Part shown: in pieces, positions 11,720 to 20,374 of the stretch | How the letters are laid out: every line of letters starts with the position of its first letter | Numbering within the stretch: the first letter of the stretch is position 1 | Source of the DNA: an uncultured Chthonomonadaceae bacterium | Lineage (GTDB): Bacteria; Armatimonadota; Chthonomonadetes; Chthonomonadales; Chthonomonadaceae | Assembly (NCBI GenBank): GCA_963817895.1 | Contig: CAWFQB010000001.1 | Coordinates: forward strand, 1,088,001 to 1,152,000 | DNA length: 64,000 nucleotides | Direction of reading: 5' to 3' | Notes under the pieces: model-generated | Seen by the model: the letters and a program-made list of their open reading frames with translations, nothing else | Told to the model about the DNA's origin: nothing | The model's database searches: none | Position numbers and translations under genes: made by a program

Positions 11720-12454
11720 ATGAACTTAGAAATATTCACCAATCCCCGGTTTTTCATTGTGCAGATGCTCATCATTTTCGGGAGCATCACGCTGCATGAG
11801 TTCGGACACGCCTTTGCCGCCGATTGGCAGGGCGATGACACGCCGCGCCGACAGGGACGGCTGACATTATGGCCGGACAAGCATCTGGAACCGCTCGGTT
11901 CGCTGATGATTGTGATTACGTCCATTTTGGGCCGGGGCATCGGCTGGGGGCGGGCGGTAGAGTTCAATCCGTTCGGCTTGAAGCATCCGCGTCGCGGCCT
12001 GTTCATCGTGGCCGCGTTCGGCCCGCTGATGAACCTGTTGCTGGCGGTTGTGGCCGCGATTATCTGGCGCGTTTCCCTGACCACGCACAATCTCGACTGG
12101 CTGCTCACGGATCGCAGCTACGTTTCCGACTACAAAAGCCTGATGTACGGCCTGGACGCAGCCGCTTATGACGGGCATCTGACCACAACCGGCCTGTTTC
12201 TGTGGGAGTGTCTATATCTCAATTTGATGCTGATGTTCTTCAACCTGATTCCGCTGCACCCGCTGGACGGCTCAAAAATTACCAGCAGTCTGCTGCCCCT
12301 CGACGCGGCAATCGCTTACGACCGATTTGTCGGGCAATACGGGCCGATGCTGTTGATTGCGCTGGCTGTCATGGTTCCCAAAGCCCTGTGGACGGTTCTC
12401 AGCCCTCTCATCAACGCGGCCTGTACCCTGTTGCTCGGCCATCCGATAGTTTAG
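11720..12454 (+). CDS. Site-2 protease (M50) family membrane metalloprotease
   Basis: HEFGH and FNLIPLHPLDG motifs; hydrophobic helices. Confidence 0.92.
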   Translation: MNLEIFTNPRFFIVQMLIIFGSITLHEFGHAFAADWQGDDTPRRQGRLTLWPDKHLEPLGSLMIVITSILGRGIGWGRAVEFNPFGLKHPRRGLFIVAAFGPLMNLLLAVVAAIIWRVSLTTHNLDWLLTDRSYVSDYKSLMYGLDAAAYDGHLTTTGLFLWECLYLNLMLMFFNLIPLHPLDGSKITSSLLPLDAAIAYDRFVGQYGPMLLIALAVMVPKALWTVLSPLINAACTLLLGHPIV

Positions 12455-12542
12455 GATTTGGCCGCGAATGTACGCGAATACACGCGAATGGGATGCAACT
12501 TAATTCAGGGAAGGTTTGTCTTCAACTTATTAAATGCTCTTT

Positions 12543-12644
12543 GTCTTGAACCATGATTTTACATGATTAGGATGATTAACATGATGAACTGTCCTCCTCA
12601 ATCATGGTAATCACCAAAGTCATGCCTGATCATGGTTTGAGACA
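12543..12644. repeat. ~100-bp palindromic intergenic repeat (MITE/REP-like), copy 1
   Basis: Ends GTCTTGAACCATG...CATGGTTTGAGAC; similar to 29759-29856. Confidence 0.7.
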
Positions 12645-12668
12645 GTTTTTGAAAAGGATTTTCACGGA

Positions 12669-13727
12669 ATGATCGCCACGCCACCAACCCACAGCGCGAC
12701 AAATGAAACGCTTGCAACTGTTCGCAAGCGCCTGCTCAGTGGGATGCAGCCGACGGGAACCGGCGCATTGCACCTGGGCAACCTGGAAGGCGCGTTACGC
12801 GCCTGGGTGCGCTTGCAGGACGAGTACGAGATGTTCTGCTGCATCGTGGACTGGCACGCGCTGACGACGATGTACGACAAGACCGAACTGATCGGCCCCG
12901 CCTGCCGCGAAGTGGCGGCGGACTACATCGCGGCGGGACTGGACCCGCAGAAATGCGCCATTTTCCTACAGAGCCACGTCAAGGAACATGCGGAACTGCA
13001 TCTGCTGCTTTCGATGATTACGCCGCTCGGCTGGCTGGAGCGCGTCCCCACCTTCAAGGAGAAGCGCGACCTGATGGCGGAACGGACGGGCGGGGCCGGG
13101 GATGAGAGCATCTCGTATGGACTGCTCGGTTATCCGTGTTTGCAGGCGGCGGATATTCTCGTATATCGCGCCAACGCGGTTCCGGTTGGCAAAGATCAGG
13201 CCGCGCATCTGGAAATCAGCCGCGAAATCGCTCGCCGTTTCAACCACCTGTACGCGCCCGTTTTCCCCGAACCCCAATCCCTGATTAACGAGACAACGGG
13301 TGTGGTTCCGGGCATGGACGGGCGCAAAATGAGCAAGTCGTATGGCAACGCCATTTACATCGCGGACTCGCCTGAAACGGTTGCCGACAAGATCAAGAAC
13401 AGCTTCACCACCCCCACCAAAATCCGCAAGGCCGATCCCGGCGTTCCCGAAAACTGCGTGGTCTGCCAACTGCGCCGCATCTACGACCCGGAAAACTACT
13501 CGCCCTCGTGGGAAGAAGACCGGGCCGGAACGCGCGGCTGTATGCAGAACAAAAAGGAACTCACGGAAATTCTCAACGCCGCACTCGAACCCATGCGCCA
13601 ACGCCGAACAGAACTGCTTGCCGACCCCGCCGAACTCGACCGCCTTTTGGAAGACGGAGCCAACCGCGCCCGCCACGCCGCCGCCGAAACCCTGTCATTA
13701 GTAAGGCAGGCCATGCATCTGAGTTAA
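12669..13727 (+). CDS. trpS: Tryptophan--tRNA ligase
   Basis: SGMQPTG, HLGN, YPCLQAADIL, VPVGKDQ, KMSKS. Confidence 0.97.
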   Translation: MIATPPTHSATNETLATVRKRLLSGMQPTGTGALHLGNLEGALRAWVRLQDEYEMFCCIVDWHALTTMYDKTELIGPACREVAADYIAAGLDPQKCAIFLQSHVKEHAELHLLLSMITPLGWLERVPTFKEKRDLMAERTGGAGDESISYGLLGYPCLQAADILVYRANAVPVGKDQAAHLEISREIARRFNHLYAPVFPEPQSLINETTGVVPGMDGRKMSKSYGNAIYIADSPETVADKIKNSFTTPTKIRKADPGVPENCVVCQLRRIYDPENYSPSWEEDRAGTRGCMQNKKELTEILNAALEPMRQRRTELLADPAELDRLLEDGANRARHAAAETLSLVRQAMHLS

Positions 13728-13751
13728 TAACGAGCCGGCAAAGGAGCAGAG

Positions 13752-14486
13752 TTGACAACTAATCCAACACTACTTGAGGTTCGCGGCAGCCGTCTTCGCT
13801 GTCTCTTATTGACCGGGCTGACTCGCAACGTCACCGCGAGAACGCTGACGGACCTGACGGATGGTAACGCGCTCGTGACGCAGGACGACGAATGGATGCC
13901 GGATGGCATCTTGAAGATGGACGAGGCGAAAGTTCACGAAAACTTTCCGTTGCTGGATGATGCGCAAAAACAGCATTTGTTGGATTGGTGGCTTCATACG
14001 CAACCCCATGCAAACACGCCGAATTGGGACATTGTGAGTACCTGTACCATCGAACAAAAACGGGGACTGCTGCTTGTGGAAGCGAAAGCGCACAAGAATG
14101 AATTATCCAGCAGTGGCAAACCAACAGGGAATCAGGCGAACCATGATTGGATTGAACGCGCTATTGAGGAAGCCAACACAAATCTGAACGCGGTACTTGA
14201 CGGATGGAAACTACAGCGAGACAAGAGCTATCAACTTGCAAACCGATTCGCGTGGGCATGGAAACTGGCGAGTATGGGGATACCGGTCGTTCTTGTTTAT
14301 CTTGGGTTCCGCAATGCCGAAGAGATGGGCAAGGGCATGTTTGTTACGCATGGCGACTGGAAGACCTGTGTTCTCGATCATGCCAGACCGTTTGTTCCAC
14401 AGAGCGCGTGGGGACAACGACTGGATATTGAAGGCGTACCGCTGTTTCCGCTGATCCGTTCGCTGGAACTTGACTTTCATCTTTAA
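13752..14486 (+). CDS. Hypothetical protein, PD-(D/E)XK nuclease-like
   Basis: PNWDIV...LLLVEAKAH...YQLANR pattern; RBS AAGGAG; TTG start. Confidence 0.6.
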   Translation: MTTNPTLLEVRGSRLRCLLLTGLTRNVTARTLTDLTDGNALVTQDDEWMPDGILKMDEAKVHENFPLLDDAQKQHLLDWWLHTQPHANTPNWDIVSTCTIEQKRGLLLVEAKAHKNELSSSGKPTGNQANHDWIERAIEEANTNLNAVLDGWKLQRDKSYQLANRFAWAWKLASMGIPVVLVYLGFRNAEEMGKGMFVTHGDWKTCVLDHARPFVPQSAWGQRLDIEGVPLFPLIRSLELDFHL

Positions 14487-14589
14487 TAACTTGTTCGCTC
14501 ATCATAGCGCGTGACCGCAGGTAAGTTCCATCGGCGTGAACCAGGGTGTGATATATAATGGTGTTCAGAAAATCGTTCCAGAACGAGGT

Positions 14590-14645
14590 AAAGTGAAAAG
14601 TCCTGCGGCGTAGCCGGTGTGCAGAACACACCGGCAACACCGCAG
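14590..14645 (-). terminator. Probable intrinsic terminator of the pilin gene
   Basis: Hairpin CTGCGG..GCCGGTGTG/CACACCGGC..CCGCAG followed on the minus strand by CTTTTCACTTT. Confidence 0.6.
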
Positions 14646-14666
14646 AACAGGAACACAGGTCGAGAG

Positions 14667-15062
14667 TTACTTGTTGTCCTTACCCGGCTCAAAGGTACCG
14701 GCGGCATCGGGATCGGGCGTACACGACACCAGGAAGGAGCCGGCAACGCTTCCGGCAGCAATCACGTAGGTTTCGCCGCTGGGGCCGATGGGCGGGGTTT
14801 GCAGGTCCGGCTCATTGGCCGTGCTGACCGCCCCGTAGTACTTCGAGTAGTCCGCTGGCCGGTCTTTGACATAGGCGGCCTGCACCGCGTTGGCAACGGT
14901 TTGCATGTTGGCGCGGTTGGTCTTGATGCGGCTGTCTTTGACCGCGCTGAGGTACAGCGGGAGGGCAACCGCCATCAGGATGGACAGGATCAGGGTGACA
15001 ACGAGCAGTTCGACGAGCGTGAAGCCGCTGACCTGGCGGCGAACGGAGGATGTGTGAACCAT
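14667..15062 (-). CDS. Type IV pilin / pseudopilin-like prepilin
   Basis: G^FTLVELLVV N-methylation motif plus hydrophobic helix; RBS AAGGAG before ATG at 15062. Confidence 0.9.
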   Translation of the reverse strand: MVHTSSVRRQVSGFTLVELLVVTLILSILMAVALPLYLSAVKDSRIKTNRANMQTVANAVQAAYVKDRPADYSKYYGAVSTANEPDLQTPPIGPSGETYVIAAGSVAGSFLVSCTPDPDAAGTFEPGKDNK

Positions 15063-15548
15063 GGTGCTGAACTCCTTAAGTCCGTGTGTGCCGGCTGCAA
15101 GGCCGGGTTGATTAGCGTGTGTGTGCTTGGGTAGGGCGTTCAGAACAGGGCTTTCAGATAAGCCTGCGCAAAACGCCGGTGTGAGACAATCGCGCAAAGG
15201 CGGAAGAGATACTGCCGCTGTGCGCCTTACGATTCGATTGCGCAAATGCAGCGCAACGAGGCCGCATTCTTTTCAGCTTCGGGGCCGAGGCTGCGCGGTC
15301 AGGCTGCCGGATGGAGGAACCTGAACGCGGCGGGGTTTCTCCCACAACACCGGGGTACGCGCTTAATGACGCGACACCGGCAGGGGAGAAGATTAGTATA
15401 AGCTTCGTTTGTCATTATACATCTAGATCGGCAGTGCGTCAATAGAAAAATAGCTGACAAAACACACTGGAAATATTTCTATCCGCCGTTTTGATGTGAA
15501 CATACCCTGAGTACTTCAGTTGAGAGTGCAAAGTTTTGGCGGGAACAG

Positions 15549-15611
15549 CAAAACGCCTGAGTCGCCATACTCTCCTGCGTTCAGGCACGGGAGTATAGCG
15601 ACTCAGGCGTT
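15549..15611 (-). terminator. Long hairpin terminator downstream of the tRNA-like copy (likely the original host tRNA-Val 3' flank)
   Basis: AACGCCTGAGTCGC...GCGACTCAGGCGTT then TTTT on the minus strand. Confidence 0.65.
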
Positions 15612-15620
15612 GTAAACGGA

Positions 15621-15715
15621 TGGGCAGTACTGGATTCGAACCAGTGACCTCTTCGGTGTGAACGAAGCGTTGCTCCGCAGCGTCTAACGACGCGCTTCGC
15701 AGGAGCCAACCGCCC
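15621..15715 (-). ncRNA. tRNA-Val(CAC)-like sequence with expanded D-arm at the integrase-side att junction
   Basis: GGGCGGT TG GCTC [CTGCGAAGCGCGTCGTTAGACGCTGCG] GAGC AAC GCTTCG TTCACAC CGAAG AGGTC ACTGG TTCGAAT CCAGT ACTGCCC A; acceptor, anticodon and T arms intact; expression unknown. Confidence 0.7.
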
Positions 15716-15799
15716 GACAGAATTTCCTTCCTCTCCTCACAAATACAGCGCTTCGTGTGTCTGTTTATCCTCCTCAATCCAACGATGAGGATGGACACA

Positions 15800-16798
15800 A
15801 TGGCAAAGACAACGCTTCGTTCTTCGACTTCGCACAGCGCTTCGTGCGACCTTAGCCTCAGCGACCTGAAACGCTACGGGGACGCCTGGTTACAGGACAG
15901 CAAGTATCGGCAACTGTCCGAACAAACCCGCTACAATCGCGGCCTGCTTATCGAGAAACTGCAATGGTGGCTGCAACAGCAGAAATGCGCCGTCTGTGGT
16001 ACGCTGGAAATCAAGCAATTCTTGGCCTATGTGGGCAATGGACACAACGAGCAAGGCGGCAGGTGGGGAAATGCCCAACTCACTCGCGCCGTGAGGCCTC
16101 GCACGGTCAAGGACTATCACGGCAACCTACGCACCTTCTTCAAGTATCTGGTGGAGGAAGGCTATCTGGACGTTTCGCCAATGGAGAACGTCAAGCCGCC
16201 TGTCTCTCGCGCTGACCAGATTGTACCCTTCACACAAGAGCAGGTCAACGCCCTGCTACAAGCGGCAAAGACCGGCAATGCTCCCCTGCGCGATGAGGCG
16301 CTGATTCTGTTCCTGATGGATGGCGGCGTCCGTGCCAGCGAGCTATGCAGCCTCACCATGCAGGATATAGACGTGGTAGGCAAGCGGGCTACGGTGCTAG
16401 GCAAGGGGAACAAACATCGAACCGTGTACTTCGGGCGCGACACTTCCCGCGCTGTGATGCGCTATCTCAAAACAGAGGAACGCAAGCCCTCCGATCCGGT
16501 TTTTAAGTCCGAACGGGGAGAGGCGCTTACCCGGTCTGGTTTGCTCCAACTGATCCACAGGCTCGGACGTGCCGCCAAGATCGAAGCAACGCGCTGCTCA
16601 CCCCACACCTTCCGCCATACCTTTGCCGTCGAGTTCCTACGGGGAGGGGGACAGGTCTTCGCGCTCCAGCAAATCCTCGGACATACTCAACTTGGCATGA
16701 CACAGAAGTACGTCGCCATTGCTCAGGCTGACGTCCAGAACCAACACCTGCAATTCTCTCCCGTCGAGCGCCTACGGAACAAGGGAGGGCGCAAATGA
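15800..16798 (+). CDS. Tyrosine recombinase/integrase (XerC/D-like, no obvious arm-binding domain)
   Basis: GVRASEL (R), GKGNK (K), HTFRH, LGH, TQKY catalytic residues; alternative ATGs at 15785 and 15791. Confidence 0.95.
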   Translation: MAKTTLRSSTSHSASCDLSLSDLKRYGDAWLQDSKYRQLSEQTRYNRGLLIEKLQWWLQQQKCAVCGTLEIKQFLAYVGNGHNEQGGRWGNAQLTRAVRPRTVKDYHGNLRTFFKYLVEEGYLDVSPMENVKPPVSRADQIVPFTQEQVNALLQAAKTGNAPLRDEALILFLMDGGVRASELCSLTMQDIDVVGKRATVLGKGNKHRTVYFGRDTSRAVMRYLKTEERKPSDPVFKSERGEALTRSGLLQLIHRLGRAAKIEATRCSPHTFRHTFAVEFLRGGGQVFALQQILGHTQLGMTQKYVAIAQADVQNQHLQFSPVERLRNKGGRK

Positions 16799-16923
16799 GC
16801 ATCCAGCGCTACAAGTCCGGGCGCTACTGGGCTGTCTACGATGAACACGGAGAGATGATCTGCCTGTGCGTATACAAGAAGGGCGCATTAGAGGTCGTAA
16901 GAAGGTTATTAGGCTGTGATTAG
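16795..16923 (+). CDS. 42-aa small protein coupled to the integrase (candidate directionality factor)
   Basis: ATGA overlap with integrase stop; RBS GGAGGG; MSIQRYKSGRYWAVYDEHGEMICLCVYKKGALEVVRRLLGCD; below the ORF-track cutoff. Confidence 0.65.
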   Translation: MSIQRYKSGRYWAVYDEHGEMICLCVYKKGALEVVRRLLGCD

Positions 16924-17397
16924 AGGAGATTTATATCAAGCTTACTGTTGGTAGACAAACTAAGGCGTGTGATATCTATACGCCTCATGACAATTGTATT
17001 GACATGAGTATGAGGAGTGTGCTAATCTTTCTTTACTCTATCTATTAGAGGATTTAGAATAAGTGCCGACGCGGTCAGTGTTTGTCCTGTGCGGAGTAGT
17101 TTCGGTTACTATCAGAGGCTGATTCCATTCTCTGAAAAGCCTTGAAGACACTAGGATGGACTTATTCTAAAGCCTCTTAGGACTTACGCGGTTGTTGCTC
17201 ACTGTTTAGCTTTTTCGAGATAGAAGCGTTTTGGCAAAGCTGTGAACATCTGTTATTTTGTGCCTCTCACAGGTGTGCAAACAGTTCCAAAGCAAGGCTG
17301 ATGAGATTGCGCCCCTATGGTGAGCAGCAATTGCGTAAGTCCTATCTATATCAGCGTATATACTACCAGCTTGATACCAGCGTAAGGAGCCGTTAAC

Positions 17398-18222
17398 TTG
17401 AGTGATCTTCCTACCATAACAACTTACGACGCATGGGTGTTAAAAGAATTAGATATAGATCTAACCTTAGATACCCAAATAAGGCAATACGACAACGATA
17501 TTGTAACAGCTAAATCAACTGTGACGAGTCACCCGTTTTTTCAAAATTTAGCTGGTTTTGTTGAAGATTGTTGTATGGATTACAAAGATCAAGTAGGGGC
17601 AGACTTGCTCATGAACAAATTTGAACTATCAATTGTTTCTAAAACATATAAATCATCTATCAACAAAAGTTACCGAATGAACATTGTCCTCAATAAAAAT
17701 CTTCCTGGCCCTCCATCTTCTGGATGGATATCGCCCGAAAACTGGTACGAGGAACTCAACGATCTATTACGAACTCGAATAACCTGTAAGTTTATTGATG
17801 GTCCTCAATATTTATCAAATCGGCTAACCGAATATGCAGCAACGCATGGATTGGACTTAAATTTTAGGTCTCAGCAGAAAGACGGTGGCTACTATGCTTA
17901 CCACTGCTATGTCCATATTGATGTACCACTGCTAAAACATTCTGCGACTGGCCGTGTTGTATATGACGTAAAAATGTCTGTTGAAATCCAGTTAACAACG
18001 CAACTTCAAGAAGTTCTTTATGATCTTACCCATCCGATATACGAAGCGTTGAGAGTCAAACCCGAGCAGGATCCATCTGCATGGAAATGGGATTACAAGT
18101 CAGATAGATTCAAATCTGGTTATATGGGACATACTCTTCATATGCTAGAAGCAATTATTCTGGAAATCAGAGATAACAACATTACTTCGGCTAAGGTTCA
18201 GGAGAACGAAGATGTCAAATAA
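17398..18222 (+). CDS. RelA/SpoT-like (small alarmone synthetase-type) nucleotidyltransferase
   Basis: LNDLLRTRI, GGYYAYH, VEIQLTTQLQ...LTHPIYE resemble SYNTH motifs; RBS AAGGAG, TTG start. Confidence 0.7.
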   Translation: MSDLPTITTYDAWVLKELDIDLTLDTQIRQYDNDIVTAKSTVTSHPFFQNLAGFVEDCCMDYKDQVGADLLMNKFELSIVSKTYKSSINKSYRMNIVLNKNLPGPPSSGWISPENWYEELNDLLRTRITCKFIDGPQYLSNRLTEYAATHGLDLNFRSQQKDGGYYAYHCYVHIDVPLLKHSATGRVVYDVKMSVEIQLTTQLQEVLYDLTHPIYEALRVKPEQDPSAWKWDYKSDRFKSGYMGHTLHMLEAIILEIRDNNITSAKVQENEDVK

Positions 18223-19870
18223 ACATAGTATGATCCCTTCTCCAGAGGTTGTACATTTAACAACAGTATTCCGGCGAATACAGAATGGTGAAATTCGTAT
18301 ACCAGCGTTTCAACGAGGATTTGTCTGGGAAGAAGACCAGATTATCAAACTTTTGGAAAGCATTTTTAAAGGCTATCCAATAGGAAGTCTTCTGTTTTGG
18401 AAGGTGGATAAAGCAGGCGATACTGTGTTGAATGTTTTAGATGAGAGTTCTGACTCTGACAACACCCTTGTGCCTTTCCCTCATATTACACTCACATTTC
18501 CAGTAAATTATGTGTTAGATGGTATGCAGCGTCTTTCGTCGTTGTATGGGGTATTCCTTGCTGCTACAACTAACGATAGTTTTAACGTCGTTTTTGATCT
18601 GGAAAAGCGGGAGTTTATTTATGACGATCAGAGAAAGCTTGTAGCACCTCGTTTCTTGAACCTATCAGATTTATTCGCACCACGCCGCTTACTTGATGCG
18701 CAACGTTCTATGACTGAACAAGACAATGGCGAAATTTTGATTGACAGTTCCATCGAACTTCTTTCTTCGTTCCAAGAATATATGCTACCAATTGTAACGA
18801 TCTCGACAGATAATGTAACTGAGGTAGTTGAGATATTTGAAAGAGTGAATAGTACAGGCACAAAGTTGAGCAGAGTGGACTTCATGCGGGCTTTAACGTG
18901 GTCTGACGGCTTTGACCTAAATGTAGCCTTACGAAGTATTAAGGAGGATATCCTTCTTCAAGGATTTGTGTTCCCATATGAAACATTGACCAAAGTAGTC
19001 GCAATTCTGCTCGGCAAGAGTCCAACACCAACTTCAATGCTTGAACTTCGAAGTTTTTCATCCGATGATCTTCACGAAGGTGTTATGAAAGCGAAGATGT
19101 ACCTATCCGATGTAACTGGATTTTTGAGAAACGAGTTTAGTATTTACTCTTCAGATTTCGTACCGTATGAGGGGCAACTTCTCGTTTTGGTTAAATTGTT
19201 TGAACAACTTAGTTACTCATGGATAGATGACGGAACTGCCAAGCAAGTGATTTCTACTGCAAGGGAATGGTTTTGGAACACTAGTTTCAGTGAAACATTG
19301 CGGGGTAAGCCCGACGGATACGTCATTCGAGAAATACAGAGCGCAGTAAATCTTACGAAGGGTGATCTTCGTGCTTTACCTTCAAAGCTGCTGCTTGACG
19401 ATGACACACTGCGTGAACGGCGCTTTACCAAAGGCAAAGCATTGTCGTCAGCTATAGCTGCGCTATTCGCTAGTAACAAAGCACGAAGCTTAGTAACTGG
19501 TGAAGTAATACCACCAGAAAAATATATGACTGATTTCAAAGTGGAAAATTTTGAGGCGATATGTTCCCAAAAGGCAGTCCAAGCATCAACTATTCGCAAA
19601 GTTTCATCTCCAAAAGTATTGGCGAACCTTTGTGTGGTGTTGGATACGGATAGAAAGTCATATAATCCGTTTAATCCACATGCGTTACTCCTATCAGTTT
19701 ATGAACGGTTTGAGCCTGAAACAGCCGACGAAATTCTTCGATCCTTGTTTGTGGACGATCAAACGTTCTATATCCTTAAAGGTGGTGACGAAATAGATTT
19801 TCTGAGACACCGCTCTGCTAATATGCTTATGGCTGCTGGAAGAGTCAATCGAGACACACGCACGTCCTAA
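18212..19870 (+). CDS. DUF262 (GmrSD N-terminal-like) domain protein
   Basis: IPAFQRGFVW, YPIGSLLFW, VLDGMQRL, IFERVNSTGTKLS. Confidence 0.88.
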   Translation: MSNKHSMIPSPEVVHLTTVFRRIQNGEIRIPAFQRGFVWEEDQIIKLLESIFKGYPIGSLLFWKVDKAGDTVLNVLDESSDSDNTLVPFPHITLTFPVNYVLDGMQRLSSLYGVFLAATTNDSFNVVFDLEKREFIYDDQRKLVAPRFLNLSDLFAPRRLLDAQRSMTEQDNGEILIDSSIELLSSFQEYMLPIVTISTDNVTEVVEIFERVNSTGTKLSRVDFMRALTWSDGFDLNVALRSIKEDILLQGFVFPYETLTKVVAILLGKSPTPTSMLELRSFSSDDLHEGVMKAKMYLSDVTGFLRNEFSIYSSDFVPYEGQLLVLVKLFEQLSYSWIDDGTAKQVISTAREWFWNTSFSETLRGKPDGYVIREIQSAVNLTKGDLRALPSKLLLDDDTLRERRFTKGKALSSAIAALFASNKARSLVTGEVIPPEKYMTDFKVENFEAICSQKAVQASTIRKVSSPKVLANLCVVLDTDRKSYNPFNPHALLLSVYERFEPETADEILRSLFVDDQTFYILKGGDEIDFLRHRSANMLMAAGRVNRDTRTS

Positions 19871-19993
19871 TGGACAAACCAGATAAAGATTGTACTATGG
19901 CGGGGTTCCGAGTGTTGAAAACACCCGTCTGAGTGGCGTTCCGCCAAGCGTCCTACGGACGCGGGATTGTACAATGTTCAAGTGGTTTGTCCA
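19871..19993. mobile_element. MITE-like element, GNA-hairpin family copy A
   Basis: TIR TGGACAAACCA...TGGTTTGTCCA flanked by TAA on both sides; internal hairpins GGCG-TTC-CGCC and GCGTCC-TAC-GGACGC. Confidence 0.7.
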
Positions 19994-20023
19994 TAAGTTT
20001 ACTATTCTGCGTTTGAATACTGA

Positions 20024-20278
20024 TCAGTTATCCATTTCTTTCAGCAAGTTTTCATACCTTTGTACGAACTCCACTAACCCAACCCCTAGTGCCTGACAGA
20101 CCTCCCGCAATTCAGGGAGGTCTAGTATTCTTTCTCCCGACTCGAACCTGCTGACGAACGACTGCGGTTTGCCGAGACGTTTGGCAAGGTCAACCTGCGT
20201 CAGACCAGCATCACGCCGAACCTGACGAAGTAAAGATTGTAGTAATTCCTGCTGAGGCGTGTAGAGAGACTTTTGCAC
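20024..20278 (-). CDS. XRE-family HTH transcriptional regulator
   Basis: RRDAGLTQVDLAKRLGKPQSFVSRFESGER. Confidence 0.9.
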   Translation of the reverse strand: MQKSLYTPQQELLQSLLRQVRRDAGLTQVDLAKRLGKPQSFVSRFESGERILDLPELREVCQALGVGLVEFVQRYENLLKEMDN

Positions 20279-20374
20279 CCCTCATTGTAGAAACTACGGT
20301 CGCAATATGCAGGAATTAGATATTTTCAGGAGAATACTAGGCATGAGCAGATTGCAACACACAGGAGGGGAATA

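Noticed and set aside
10142..12668. Lysine riboswitch before lysA or T-box before trpS
   Set aside because: Those leaders are occupied by tandem/palindromic repeats and lack the consensus motifs.
15063..15420. c-di-GMP riboswitch in the long leader of the pilin gene
   Set aside because: Some hairpins are present, but I could not find class I or class II consensus elements by eye; an Rfam scan would settle it.
15670..15702. Intron in the tRNA-like copy
   Set aside because: Far too short for a group I/II intron, no clear bulge-helix-bulge, and removing one segment does not restore the AGTGGTA D-loop.
15621..15715. Second functional tRNA-Val gene
   Set aside because: Lacks the conserved D-loop GG and has extra bases before the anticodon stem; treated as a mimic.
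19871..19993. Integron attC sites as the explanation for the GNA-hairpin family
   Set aside because: No RYYYAAC...GTTRRRY ends and no IntI gene; the 3-bp flanking duplications fit MITEs better.
19984..20012. dif-like Xer site (TTTGTCCATAA + spacer)
   Set aside because: Only a weak XerC-arm resemblance and no XerD arm; explained by the MITE TIR.
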